In this document: piece after piece, positions 10,422 through 20,506 of the stretch
Numbering within the stretch: the first letter of the stretch is position 1
Layout of the letters: every line of letters begins with the position of its first letter
DNA from: Ferruginibacter sp.
Lineage (GTDB): Bacteria > Bacteroidota > Bacteroidia > Chitinophagales > Chitinophagaceae
Direction of reading: 5' to 3'
NCBI GenBank assembly: GCA_025352525.1
Contig: JANXTG010000004.1
Location: forward strand, 7,471 to 71,470
DNA length: 64,000 bases
Position numbers and translations under genes: made by a program
The notes under the pieces: model-generated
What the model saw: the letters and a program-made list of their open reading frames with translations, nothing else
Databases searched by the model: none
Told to the model about the DNA's origin: nothing

Positions 10422-11969
10422 CTATTCATTTTCCAGTAAAAAGGGATATTCATACAAGCCATCATAACCCGGATAAAAACCGCTGACGGTAATATCTTTC
10501 TCCTTACCTACCGCACTTCTTAATTCATCTACACTGCTGATAGATTTATTATTTATTTTTAAAATGATAAAGCCATCTTTCATTCTGCTTTGCTTTTCAA
10601 TAGCACCTTCAGCTTTAATTTTCTTTACAATTACACCACCTGGTACACCATATTCCTTAGCCTTTTTTGGATCAAGTGTTACAAGATCTGCACCTAATTT
10701 TTCTGTAGCAATTTCACTTTTAACTACATCGTAGTTACCTGCTTTATTTTTTAAGATAACATTAGAAGTTGATTCTTTGTTATCTCTTAAATAAGTAATA
10801 GTAATTTTATCACCTGGCTTATAACGGCTAACCTGCTCCTGCATTTCTGCGCCACTGCTCACCATACTTCCATTTACTTTTATAATCATATCTCCTTTAC
10901 GTACACCCGCGGCATAAGCGCCACCATCAGTTGGTACTTCAGTTACATAAATACCGTAAGCATCGATCGGAATACCCTGTTGTTTTTTTACTTCCTCACT
11001 TAAATCGCTTGGAGAAGTATAAGCAATGCCGATATATGCACGTTGCACGGTTCCAAATTTTATAATATCATCAACTACTTTTTTTACAATATTTACGGGT
11101 ATTGCATAAGAGTATCCTGAGTAATATCCTGTTGGAGAAGCAATGGCTGAATTGATACCCACTATTTTACCTTCAGTATTGACTAATGCGCCACCACTAT
11201 TTCCCATATTCACTGCGGCATCTGTCTGTATAAATGATTCAATGCCTGCAGCTCCTGCTTTGTCTTTGTTTAGACCAAGGCTTCTGGCTTTTGCACTAAC
11301 AATACCTGCAGTCACAGTTGCTTCCAGGTTTAAAGGATAACCTATTGCCAAAACCCACTGACCGATTTTGACGTCATCTGAATTGCCATAAATTAAATAG
11401 GGTAAACCTGCAGCTTCAACTTTAATAACCGCCAAATCGTAAGCAGGGTCTGTACCTACAACTTTCGCTTTGTATGTTTTTTTATTTGCTAAAGTAACTG
11501 TAATCTCATCTGCAGATGCAACCACATGATTATTTGTAACAATAAATCCGTCTTCACTTATCAAAACTCCGGAACCAGATGCTCGCTGCTCAGGTATTAC
11601 ATTATTTCTTTTTCCGAAAAATTGTTCCATCATATCATCGTCTCCAAATAAATCGCTAAACGGATTTTGTTGACGTTGTGTTTTTGGTAAGCTGTTGGAA
11701 ATTTGTTTGGCATTTGTTCTTGTTTTAATATGTACAACTGCAGGTGTTGCTGACTGTGCAGGAACTGTAAAGTCAATAGCGCCCGGGGGTGGGGGTACAT
11801 TTCCACCATCAAAGAGTCCAGTTTGTTTTGCGTAATTAGCTGGTACCACACCTGCAGTTTGACCGCCAAAAGTGTTGGAATCTTTTACATACTTGCTATA
11901 ACCCCAAACTACTGCTAAAGTAGTAATGGCGCTAAAGAAAACAGTAAATGCGATTTGTTTAAATTTCAT
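10422..11969 (-). CDS. htrA: HtrA/DegP-family serine protease with two PDZ domains
   Basis: N-terminal membrane anchor, catalytic triad motifs TNNHV, DLAV, GNSGG, FIQTDAAVN, C-terminal PDZ pair. Confidence 0.9.
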   Translation of the reverse strand: MKFKQIAFTVFFSAITTLAVVWGYSKYVKDSNTFGGQTAGVVPANYAKQTGLFDGGNVPPPPGAIDFTVPAQSATPAVVHIKTRTNAKQISNSLPKTQRQQNPFSDLFGDDDMMEQFFGKRNNVIPEQRASGSGVLISEDGFIVTNNHVVASADEITVTLANKKTYKAKVVGTDPAYDLAVIKVEAAGLPYLIYGNSDDVKIGQWVLAIGYPLNLEATVTAGIVSAKARSLGLNKDKAGAAGIESFIQTDAAVNMGNSGGALVNTEGKIVGINSAIASPTGYYSGYSYAIPVNIVKKVVDDIIKFGTVQRAYIGIAYTSPSDLSEEVKKQQGIPIDAYGIYVTEVPTDGGAYAAGVRKGDMIIKVNGSMVSSGAEMQEQVSRYKPGDKITITYLRDNKESTSNVILKNKAGNYDVVKSEIATEKLGADLVTLDPKKAKEYGVPGGVIVKKIKAEGAIEKQSRMKDGFIILKINNKSISSVDELRSAVGKEKDITVSGFYPGYDGLYEYPFLLENE

Positions 11970-12104
11970 TTTATATCAATTTAATTTTATTGTTTTGTAA
12001 TCAATACTAAAAAATATGCCTCAGCTGAACAAAGTAACGATACACTGACAAAATGCTATTTATTTATAGGGCTATTTAACAATAAATTATTAGACCTCCC
12101 TGCC

Positions 12105-13100
12105 TCAAAGCGTTAATAAAAACTGCATTGTATCCTCTCCATCTGCGTAAGTAAATAAATCAGGGTTTTGTGCCTGCCCAAAAGGTACAAAATTATTGCC
12201 TACCATACACTGAACATCATTCTGATTATTTAAAAATTCAGTTAACTTTTTTACATCAGGGTAATACTCGTAATAAAGCTGGCTAATGGGAGTAAACATG
12301 TTTGTATTTTCTGTGAGAATAGTAGCTTCATTGGTCATGTAAAAAATATTATTCAGCAGGATTATGGAGAGATTATAATCATAATTATTTCTATACTTAT
12401 GGTGATCACCAAAATATAGAAATTTTGAAAATGATTTTAATAAACGTTCAAAATTATATCCTTCGGGGACATACAATTTTGTAACGTTTCTACAACCTAG
12501 CCCAAAGTATAAATGAATATCTTCTGCAAGTAATTTTAATTCTCCATCGGTTTCATTGCCGGTAAGTATTGCAGCAGAAGTTCTGTTTTTTCTAATGATG
12601 TTTGGGTATTTGCCAAAGTAATCTGAAAAAGATTTTGCAGCACTGTTACCACCCGTGGCAATATAGGCATCGCAACCTTTAAGCATATCTGCAAATGAAA
12701 TATAATTTTGTATTTCGTTTTCCTGCGTGTATAAATATTTTACCAAATGCATTAATAGAATATCATCTTTCGATGATAATTTTACAGTTTGGTAATGTCC
12801 ACTTATAAAAACCGAAAGCATGTCATGAAAGCCTACCATTGGTATATTTCCTGCCATCACAATCCCTATATTCTTTGGGGTAATATTATCATCAACATGA
12901 TAATTTGCAACCCATTTTTCCAGCGCTTCCTCAGTAAGAAAATTATTTGCAATCTGTAATGCTGCATGCTGAGAAAATTCCGGTGTAAACCAGCCATTTT
13001 TATAAAATGCCTGTTGTTTCACTTCCTGCCACTCTTCGGTATTAGCCTTTAAATATTCTCCGGCTTTAACCATTAAATTAATTCTTTCTTGTACGTTCAT
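12105..13100 (-). CDS. Acyl-CoA reductase (LuxC-like family)
   Basis: IVMAGNIPMVGFHD, KLSSKD, ATGG, YFGLGCRNVTK. True start likely the ATG at 13100 (MNVQ); the longer ORF overlaps the ferredoxin. Confidence 0.85.
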   Translation of the reverse strand: MNVQERINLMVKAGEYLKANTEEWQEVKQQAFYKNGWFTPEFSQHAALQIANNFLTEEALEKWVANYHVDDNITPKNIGIVMAGNIPMVGFHDMLSVFISGHYQTVKLSSKDDILLMHLVKYLYTQENEIQNYISFADMLKGCDAYIATGGNSAAKSFSDYFGKYPNIIRKNRTSAAILTGNETDGELKLLAEDIHLYFGLGCRNVTKLYVPEGYNFERLLKSFSKFLYFGDHHKYRNNYDYNLSIILLNNIFYMTNEATILTENTNMFTPISQLYYEYYPDVKKLTEFLNNQNDVQCMVGNNFVPFGQAQNPDLFTYADGEDTMQFLLTL

Positions 13101-13121
13101 AAGGTTAGTATTAAATTGCAT

Positions 13122-13129
13122 CAAATTTA
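13122..13129 (-). promoter_or_regulatory. -7 promoter box TAAATTTG for the acyl-CoA reductase
   Basis: Exact TAnnTTTG on the minus strand within the 34-bp divergent gap. Confidence 0.6.
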
Positions 13130-13134
13130 CAACG

Positions 13135-13482
13135 ATGGCAATCAAAATAACTGACGAATGTATTAATTGCGGGGCATGTGAACCCGAATGCCCCAACAAT
13201 GCTATTTACGAAGGTGGTGTTGAATGGGCAATTGCTGATGGTACAACCATTAAAGGTTTTTTTACATTAATGGATGGATCGCAGTTGAATGCTGACCAGC
13301 GAAACGCACCGGTTGCAGCAGACATCTATTACATAGTTCCTAATAAGTGTACAGAGTGCCAAGGTTTTCACGAAGAACCGCAATGTGCTGCTGTATGTCC
13401 TGTAGACTGTTGTGTACCTGACGAAGATTACAGAGAGACGGTAGATCAGCTGATGGATAAGAAAAATCACCTCCATATATAA
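13135..13482 (+). CDS. 2[4Fe-4S] dicluster ferredoxin (YfhL-like)
   Basis: CINCGACEPECP and CTECQGFHEEPQCAAVCPVDCC motifs. Confidence 0.95.
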   Translation: MAIKITDECINCGACEPECPNNAIYEGGVEWAIADGTTIKGFFTLMDGSQLNADQRNAPVAADIYYIVPNKCTECQGFHEEPQCAAVCPVDCCVPDEDYRETVDQLMDKKNHLHI

Positions 13483-13494
13483 TCCAACTTATTT

Positions 13495-13528
13495 AAAAGC
13501 GAAAGTATTTATATGCTTTCGCTTTTTT
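13495..13528 (+). terminator. Intrinsic terminator after ferredoxin
   Basis: AAAAGCGAAAG / CTTTCGCTTTT inverted repeat with T tail. Confidence 0.8.
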
Positions 13529-13565
13529 GTATTTATACATTTTTAGATTTTTACTACCTTGTTTT

Positions 13566-14045
13566 ATGGCTAAAAATATCTGTTTGCTTGTTTGTACGAT
13601 GCTTGTATTTTTATACAGTTCATGTGATTCTTCTAAAAAAAATAATGATGAAACTTCTTTTTCAAAAAATGCAGTGTTGCTAAAAACAGATAATGATTTT
13701 GCAGCGTCAAGTGCAGAAAAAGGTCTGCGGCAAGCTTATTTGGAAAACATTGACAGCAATGGGGTATTGCTTAGGCCAAACGCTTTGCCTATAGCAGGTG
13801 CAGATGCGGTAGATTATATCATAGGATTAAAAGACACGGGTTACAGCATGCAATGGAAACCATCAAATGCAGTAGTGTCGGTTTCGGGAGACTTGGGATA
13901 CACCTATGGCGTTTATGAAATAAAATCTTCTGTTGTTGACACCACACTTTATGGTACCTACGTAAGTATCTGGAAAAAACAGAACGACGGCAAATGGAAG
14001 TTTGTTTTGCAAAGTAATAACGAAGGAATAGGTAATGGTGAATAA
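13566..14045 (+). CDS. NTF2-like / DUF4440-type lipoprotein
   Basis: Lipobox-like YSSC, SGDLGYTYG, GTYVSIWKKQNDGKWK. ATG at 13566 preferred. Confidence 0.75.
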   Translation: MAKNICLLVCTMLVFLYSSCDSSKKNNDETSFSKNAVLLKTDNDFAASSAEKGLRQAYLENIDSNGVLLRPNALPIAGADAVDYIIGLKDTGYSMQWKPSNAVVSVSGDLGYTYGVYEIKSSVVDTTLYGTYVSIWKKQNDGKWKFVLQSNNEGIGNGE

Positions 14046-14093
14046 ATTTTATTTTAAATCCGTTTTAATATTTTAAAATACAAGTTAAAAAAC

Positions 14094-15071
14094 ATGAAAA
14101 AAATTGCATTGGTAACAGGTGGTTATTCAGGCGAAGCAGTAATTTCTTACAAAAGTGCTGCAACCATACAAAATAATATCGATACAACTAAATGGGATTG
14201 TTACCTCATTGATATACACCCTGACGGATGGTTTTATAAAACAAAAGCAGGAGATAAAATACATGTAGATAAAAATGATTTTTCTATAAATGTAGAAGGC
14301 GAACATATAAAATTTGAAGCCGTTTTGGTTGGCCTTCATGGATCACCGGGTGAAGATGGAAAACTGCAGGGTTATTTTGATTGTCTCGAAATTCCTTATA
14401 CGTCCTGCGATGCTGCAACATCTGCACTTACTTTTAATAAAAGATATACTGTTGCAGTTGCTGCTTTTGCAGGTATTCATGTAGCAAAGTCACTGCACTT
14501 ATTTAAAAATGAAAGCATAGCAGCAAAGGATATATTACAACAACTTACACTTCCTTTTTTTGTAAAACCTAACAATGGTGGAAGCAGTATCGGTATGAGC
14601 AAAGTAAATAATGCTGAAGATTTACAAGCCGCTTTGCAAAAAGCTTTTAAAGAAGATGAGCAGATTTTGGTTGAGGAATTTATTAAGGGTAGAGAATTTA
14701 CCATCGGCGTTTATAAAACGAAAGGAATCATAATTTGTCTGCCAATGACGGAGATTATTTCTAAGAATGATTTCTTTGATTTTGAAGCGAAATATGAAGG
14801 AAAAAGTGAAGAAGTAACTCCTGCCAAAGCAACAGAAAAAATTACACAACAAATAAAAGAAACGGCAGAAAAAATATATAAAGTTTTTAATTGTAAAGGA
14901 ATTGTGCGAATAGATTTTATTTATGATGAAATAAAAGAACTGCCCTTCATGCTTGAAATTAATACTGTGCCTGGGCAAAGTTCAGCCAGTATTGTACCGC
15001 AGCAAGTTGTTGTTATGGGCAGTACTTTAAAAGAATTTTATAGTTTATTATTGGATGAATGTTTTGTGTGA
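14094..15071 (+). CDS. ddl: D-alanine--D-alanine ligase
   Basis: GGYSGE, LHGSPGEDG, FVKPNNGGSSIG, EEFIKGREFT, YEG omega loop, LEINTVPG. Confidence 0.95.
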   Translation: MKKIALVTGGYSGEAVISYKSAATIQNNIDTTKWDCYLIDIHPDGWFYKTKAGDKIHVDKNDFSINVEGEHIKFEAVLVGLHGSPGEDGKLQGYFDCLEIPYTSCDAATSALTFNKRYTVAVAAFAGIHVAKSLHLFKNESIAAKDILQQLTLPFFVKPNNGGSSIGMSKVNNAEDLQAALQKAFKEDEQILVEEFIKGREFTIGVYKTKGIIICLPMTEIISKNDFFDFEAKYEGKSEEVTPAKATEKITQQIKETAEKIYKVFNCKGIVRIDFIYDEIKELPFMLEINTVPGQSSASIVPQQVVVMGSTLKEFYSLLLDECFV

Positions 15072-15111
15072 TGGTTATATTGCACTTTCTTGAAACCTAA
15101 AACAACCACAA

Positions 15112-15921
15112 GTGTTTAAATTTATTACAGACAGACCTTTTTGGGTAAATCTGTTGGCAGTTATATTGCTGGCGGCGTTTTTTATATGGGGGTTTCTACA
15201 ATTATTAGGAGTTATAACAAAGCATGGAAGTTATCTGACAGTACCTTCAGTTACAGCCAAAACTACAGCGGAAGCGGTTAAAATTTTAGAAAGTAAAGGA
15301 TTTGAGGTAGTAATTCAAGATTCTGTATACACTGATACGGCAAAAATGGGGATAGTTTTAAAACAATTTCCCGAACCAAACAGTACCGTGAAAGTAAACC
15401 GTGTCGTACTACTTACTATTAATAAAAGTACGCTTCCTTTGATAGACATGCCTTCACTTCAGGGAAAATCTCTAGGTTATGCACTTGAAATTTTACGCAG
15501 AAGTCATTTAGTAGTAGGTGATACAACTTATAAACCGGATTTTATGATGGGTTCTGTTTTAGAACAGCGATATAAAGGAAATATTATCTCATCGGGAGGA
15601 AAAATACCTTGGGGAAGCAGGGTAGATATGGTTATTGGCGGAGGTCTTTCAAACGACCAGGTACCTGTGCCTTCTTTGTTAGGATTGACTTACGGCGAAG
15701 CAAAAATGGTGTTGGAACAAAATGGAATTATGCTCGCTTCTACTGTAGTTGATCCCGGAATTTCTGATACCGCAAATGCATTTGTTTACAAACAAAACCC
15801 ACCAAAGTTTACCGAAGATAAACGCCCTGTATACATTCGCTCGGGGCAGGTAATGGATGTGTGGGTTTCAAAAGAAATGAAATTGTTAATTGATTCAACC
15901 ACTACAAACCAAGAGCCATGA
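15112..15921 (+). CDS. PASTA-domain membrane protein
   Basis: N-terminal TM helix followed by three PASTA-like repeats (VPSVT, MPSLQG, VPSLLG); lies directly downstream of ddl. Confidence 0.85.
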   Translation: MFKFITDRPFWVNLLAVILLAAFFIWGFLQLLGVITKHGSYLTVPSVTAKTTAEAVKILESKGFEVVIQDSVYTDTAKMGIVLKQFPEPNSTVKVNRVVLLTINKSTLPLIDMPSLQGKSLGYALEILRRSHLVVGDTTYKPDFMMGSVLEQRYKGNIISSGGKIPWGSRVDMVIGGGLSNDQVPVPSLLGLTYGEAKMVLEQNGIMLASTVVDPGISDTANAFVYKQNPPKFTEDKRPVYIRSGQVMDVWVSKEMKLLIDSTTTNQEP

Positions 15922-16217
15922 CGAATATTTCTGTAGCAAAATTGAAAGAAAGAATGGCCAATAATGATCCATTAAATTTGTTGGATGTGCGTGAGCCTGA
16001 CGAAAGGCTTGAGTTTAATATTGGCGGGGTTTTTATACCGTTGGGTCAGGTTATGATTATGCAGACAGATGAAATAGAAAATCTAAAAAACGAAGAAATA
16101 ATATGTTATTGCCGCAGTGGCAAACGCAGCATGCAGGCAGCCATGATGTTGGAAACTTTTGGCTTTACCAACGTAGTAAACCTTGATGGGGGAATGATTG
16201 CATGGCAAAATGTTTAA
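15918..16217 (+). CDS. Rhodanese-like domain protein
   Basis: LLDVREPDE, CYCRSGKRS active-site loop, LDGGMIAW. Confidence 0.9.
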   Translation: MTNISVAKLKERMANNDPLNLLDVREPDERLEFNIGGVFIPLGQVMIMQTDEIENLKNEEIICYCRSGKRSMQAAMMLETFGFTNVVNLDGGMIAWQNV

Positions 16218-16232
16218 GTATTAAAAGTCAAT

Positions 16233-16269
16233 AAAAAAGGCAATCACGTCATCAGTGGTTGCCTTTTTT
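16233..16269. terminator. Bidirectional intrinsic terminator
   Basis: AAAAAAGGCAATCAC / GTGGTTGCCTTTTTT between convergent genes. Confidence 0.85.
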
Positions 16270-16277
16270 GTTAGTGT

Positions 16278-18449
16278 TTAATTATTTCTTTTTCCAATAT
16301 TTGGTGTGATGTTTATTCCTATTACAAAATTTGCCGGAGCCATAGGATAATAAAAATTTTCAGTCGTTAATTTATTTCCATAAACATAACTGAACGTATA
16401 ACCGTTTGGTTCATATTTTTTGGAAAAAATATTTATTCCTTGTGCAAAAAAACTTACTTCACTGTTGTTTTTTCCTTTAATTATATAAGTAACCTTTACA
16501 TCTTGCGTGTAATAATTCTTTAAACGACGGTTTTTGTTGGAGGTATTGTCAAGATACTGATCACCAACATATTTTCCTGTAAGCGTCAAAAGCAGATTTT
16601 TTGCAGGAATTATATTTAAAGAAAGTGAACTTATAATATTAGGTGAAAAAGAAATATCTGCTGTTTTGTAAAACTTCGATCCCTGCCCACCATTATCATA
16701 ATCATCAAAATATTCCGTAAAGTTTTTTACCTTGTTTTTACTTAAAGTCAAGTTGCCATTTACAGAGAAAACTTTATTAAGAACTACACTGCCAAACAAC
16801 TCTACGCCTGCTCTGTAACTTTTAGGAATATTGGTTCTTGTATAAGCACCAACATCATTTATTTTACCTGTAAGCACCAGCTGGTCTGTATAATACATGT
16901 AATAAAAATTTGCGCCAAGTTTTAAATTTGTATTGTTTGTTTCAACACCGGTTTCAAAATCATTTAATTTTTCTGGTTTTGGTAGTGCTGTAACTGCAGC
17001 CTCAAAATCATCTCGGTTAGGTTCTTTTACTGCCCGGCCATAAGAGGCATATATTTTATAATTATTTTTTGAGAAAGTTACACCTGCCTTGGGGTTAAAG
17101 AAAAAATAATTCTTTTTTATTTGAAGGTCTGGATTGTCTTTAAAACCATTTATTGTATAATTGATATTTCTCAACTGCAAATCTGCAAATGTTTGAAAGT
17201 TTTTGGTAATGTTTTGTGTCCATTTAGCGTAAGTTGAAAAATCATATTTATGTGCAGGGTTGTTGTACCATCTGTAATTTTTAGGTACAGCATTCTGCTC
17301 TTGTGCCCATATTATTTCTCCGTAATGGTCACCTTCGTAACGGTTATAGCCGCCACCTAATATTAGCTGCGTTTTGTTTTTATCAAATTGAAGCGAATAT
17401 ATAGTGCCATAAAAATTATTATCAAGCCAGAGACGCCTGATTAAGTCTGTTTTTTTTATGGTGCCATAATCTGGCAAATTGTAGTCCGATAAATTTGCAT
17501 CTGCCTTGTATTGCTCATAATATCCTTTACCCTTTGTAAAAAATATTGCAATGTTGGATTTTAAGTATTTATTAAACTGGTGATTATAAAACAGCTGATA
17601 ATGCGTTTGTCTGTAGTCGTCTACTTCGTTTTTATATGGTGTTCCAGGCTTGTCAGTACCTGCACTGTTATATCTTCTGTTAGTATCAAGGGCAGTTTGA
17701 TTCACGCCAAAATAAGCCTGGTAGGTTCTTTCTTTTCCGGTAAAAATATTTAAGCGTAAAGAACTCTTGTCAGTTAAAAAAGCCGTACTTAAATAGTAAG
17801 ATTGTAACCTTGCACTCGCTCTCTCTATGTAACCCTGGGACCTAATATTGCTCATTCTTGCATCAACTGTAAAATGTTTCCTCATTATGCCACTATTAAA
17901 TAACAGGGTGTTTTTAAAACTTTCGTAAGAGCCTGCCGTGCTGTTTAGTTCAAGATGTTTTTCTTTGTTTAATTCATTTGTACTTACGTTTATGCTACCT
18001 CCAAAAGAACCCGCACCATTAGCTGAAGTTCCAACACCTCTTTGTACCTGAATACTTCCTGCTGATGAAGCAATATCTGGAATATCAACAAAATAGGTAC
18101 CTAAACTTTCTGCGTCGTTGTAAGGAATACCGTTAAGTGTTACATTAATTCTCGTAGCATCTGTACCACGAATGCGAATGCCTGTGTATCCAATACCTGT
18201 ACCCGCATCAGAATTTACAACCACAGAAGGTGTATTATTTAAAATAAAAGGAAGGTCCTGCCCAATGTTTAATTTCTTAATTTCTTCCTTGCTGATATTG
18301 GTTTTGGCAAAAGGATTTTTTTCCTGAGCTTTTACGGAGCTCACTTCAACAGGTTGTAAAAAACTGGTGTCGTTAAAGTTTTTTTTCTTTTGTGCAGATA
18401 AATTTTTTAGGATGCACAGCATGCAAAAGCAAAGTAATAAACGTTTCAT
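16278..18449 (-). CDS. TonB-dependent receptor, probable thiamine uptake
   Basis: Signal peptide, plug domain (IRIRG, NVTLNGIP, IQVQRG), beta-barrel; directly downstream of a TPP riboswitch. Confidence 0.9.
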   Translation of the reverse strand: MKRLLLCFCMLCILKNLSAQKKKNFNDTSFLQPVEVSSVKAQEKNPFAKTNISKEEIKKLNIGQDLPFILNNTPSVVVNSDAGTGIGYTGIRIRGTDATRINVTLNGIPYNDAESLGTYFVDIPDIASSAGSIQVQRGVGTSANGAGSFGGSINVSTNELNKEKHLELNSTAGSYESFKNTLLFNSGIMRKHFTVDARMSNIRSQGYIERASARLQSYYLSTAFLTDKSSLRLNIFTGKERTYQAYFGVNQTALDTNRRYNSAGTDKPGTPYKNEVDDYRQTHYQLFYNHQFNKYLKSNIAIFFTKGKGYYEQYKADANLSDYNLPDYGTIKKTDLIRRLWLDNNFYGTIYSLQFDKNKTQLILGGGYNRYEGDHYGEIIWAQEQNAVPKNYRWYNNPAHKYDFSTYAKWTQNITKNFQTFADLQLRNINYTINGFKDNPDLQIKKNYFFFNPKAGVTFSKNNYKIYASYGRAVKEPNRDDFEAAVTALPKPEKLNDFETGVETNNTNLKLGANFYYMYYTDQLVLTGKINDVGAYTRTNIPKSYRAGVELFGSVVLNKVFSVNGNLTLSKNKVKNFTEYFDDYDNGGQGSKFYKTADISFSPNIISSLSLNIIPAKNLLLTLTGKYVGDQYLDNTSNKNRRLKNYYTQDVKVTYIIKGKNNSEVSFFAQGINIFSKKYEPNGYTFSYVYGNKLTTENFYYPMAPANFVIGINITPNIGKRNN

Positions 18450-18507
18450 AAAATAAATTTGTGCTGAACATCCTGGGGCAGAAAAATGCCGGTACTGATA
18501 TAAATTT

Positions 18508-18590
18508 TTACTCCCTTCGCAGGCATTATCCTGAGCAGGTCAAACGGGTATCATCTCAGCCTCAAACATTTTGAAGCACCCCGGAAATTC
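18508..18590 (-). ncRNA. TPP (thiamine pyrophosphate) riboswitch
   Basis: Minus strand reads GGGGTGC...GGCTGAGATGATACCCGTTTGACCTGCTCAGGATAATGCCTGCGAAGGGAG, with the conserved GCTGAGA, ACCTG, CAGG-TAATG-CCTG and AGGGA elements. Confidence 0.95.
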
Positions 18591-18704
18591 AGTCGTTAAT
18601 AATAAGATCAGATACAAAAATAGACAAGAAAAAATAAAAAACATTTTTGTAACAAAATCATTTTGTAAAACGTAAATAGAATTGTTGTCACCAAATAAAA
18701 AGAA

Positions 18705-19433
18705 ATGAAAAAAGTATTTAGAAAATATTTTACAATATTGTTAGTTTTTTTTGTTGTTTTAAATGCTCAAGCTCAAAAACAATTTGTTGTAGATCCGGAT
18801 GCTGTAATGAGGGAAATATCAGGCAATTTTACAAGTGTAAAAGTATCATCAGGTATTCATGTTTTTTTAAGCCGGGCAGAGAATGAAATATTAGCCGTGA
18901 GCGCATCCCAAGATATATACAGAGAAGGTATAAAAACCGAAATTATAGATGCTGTACTGCATATTTTTTACGAAGGTGATAAAATACGTTATGGCAATAA
19001 TTTAAAAATGAATGTATATGTTGGTTATAAAAAACTTGAACAGCTACAGGCAAGCGGCGCATCAAATATTCTTATTGCCGGCGTTTTAGAACAGCCTTCT
19101 CTCAATATACAATTGAGTGGTGCAAGCCTACTAAAAGGTCAGGTAAAAGTTACAGATCTTAATATGAAACTGAGTGGTGCCAGCGAAGCAAAAATTACAG
19201 GTACTGTTAAAAACATAAATATTGAAAGTAGTGGTGCAAGCGATGTGAAAGCGTACGAATTGATCGTAGAAAACTGCAACGTTAAGGCATCTGGTGCAAG
19301 TGATATAAATATTACTGTAACAAACGAAATGGCAGCAAATGCAAGTGGGGCAAGCCATATTTTTTACAAAGGCTCAGCGGAATTAAAATTTAAACAAACC
19401 AGTGGAGCCAGCAGTATTGCCAGGGTTCAATAA
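18705..19433 (+). CDS. DUF2807 / head-GIN domain beta-helix protein
   Basis: Signal peptide and repeated SGAS/SGI motifs with about 19-aa periodicity. Confidence 0.85.
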   Translation: MKKVFRKYFTILLVFFVVLNAQAQKQFVVDPDAVMREISGNFTSVKVSSGIHVFLSRAENEILAVSASQDIYREGIKTEIIDAVLHIFYEGDKIRYGNNLKMNVYVGYKKLEQLQASGASNILIAGVLEQPSLNIQLSGASLLKGQVKVTDLNMKLSGASEAKITGTVKNINIESSGASDVKAYELIVENCNVKASGASDINITVTNEMAANASGASHIFYKGSAELKFKQTSGASSIARVQ

Positions 19434-19709
19434 AAGTATTTCGGAAAATCTCACAACAAAAATGTTGTAAAATCAGCATCATCTCCTGCATTATTTTAAG
19501 TAATTAATCGCATTCAGACATACTTTTCCGGGCATGCATTATTTTCTTTAAAGAAATATTTAGTGAATCAGCACGATTTGCATTAATCCATAGTTTTAAA
19601 TCTGTTTTTTTCTTAATTCTTCAATCGTTTTTAAAAAAGAACTGTCGTTAAGAACTTTTGCAAATGCCGGCTAAAACGTTTCTATCCTCGCAATCTTTTC
19701 ATAATTGTT

Positions 19710-19967
19710 TCATGCAGTATAAAAACTGCTTAATGCGGGAGGGCCAAATCCGTAATGGGGTACGGTATTAAATTTCCTTTTAACGGTTTTCTTTTTAACG
19801 AAAGGATCTAACTTATTTGTAACAAATTCATTATATTTTTTATAATTCTTTGCTTCTTTGTCATCAGATTCCTTTAATCCATAATCGCTCTTCTGTCCAC
19901 TAATTGCTTCTAATAACAAGGGTTGTATTTTTTTCTTTTTATAAAGGCCGTCTTTAATTTTTTGCAC
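19710..19967 (-). CDS. Hypothetical 85-aa ORF, possibly a fragment of a decayed gene
   Basis: GTG start, no recognisable motif; the same frame continues past the stop with further internal stops. Confidence 0.25.
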   Translation of the reverse strand: MQKIKDGLYKKKKIQPLLLEAISGQKSDYGLKESDDKEAKNYKKYNEFVTNKLDPFVKKKTVKRKFNTVPHYGFGPPALSSFYTA

Positions 19968-20299
19968 TAGTTTTCTTCATCTATTTATTGTAATTAAACA
20001 TAACAAAAATCATTTCTTCTTTTTTGTCAGGTATGGCTTGGTTAAAATGTTGAGGTATTACATACCGTTCTATATTTCTGTTGTACACTTTATCTTTTTG
20101 TTTTTTTATAGTTTATTTGTAGGAAAAAATAAAGAAAATAATATTTATACAAATAAGCAATCGTATAACTTTCATTTGATGTTTTTTAGCTTTGTGATTG
20201 TATATTTTTTTTACTGATTTTAGATGGTGGTTATCTCGGTTTAAAATAAATATCTTGAGTTAATCTTTCCTTTTATTAGGACAATGAAGACAAACTCCC

Positions 20300-20307
20300 T
20301 ATCTTTG
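20300..20307 (+). promoter_or_regulatory. -7 promoter box TATCTTTG for tRNA-Met
   Basis: Exact TAnnTTTG ending 3 nt before tRNA position 1; TTAG at 20276-20279 is a possible -33 box with a 20-nt spacer. Confidence 0.65.
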
Positions 20308-20310
20308 TGG

Positions 20311-20382
<72 letters not shown>

Positions 20383-20385
20383 CTA

Positions 20386-20420
20386 AAAATGACTCGACAA
20401 GTGTTGAGTCATTTTGTTTT
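20386..20420 (+). terminator. Intrinsic terminator after tRNA-Met
   Basis: AAAATGACTCGACA / TGTTGAGTCATTTT inverted repeat with T-rich tail. Confidence 0.8.
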
Positions 20421-20506
20421 ACTTAATATAATCATTAAGTAATTGATTACCTCCTCCATCTCATTTGCTTGTTTGTGGTAATCTTTTCTTTTAAAACTAC
20501 AAATTA

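Noticed and set aside
12105-13100. Bioluminescence (lux) operon
   Set aside because: Only a LuxC-like gene is present; no luxA/B/D/E in the window.
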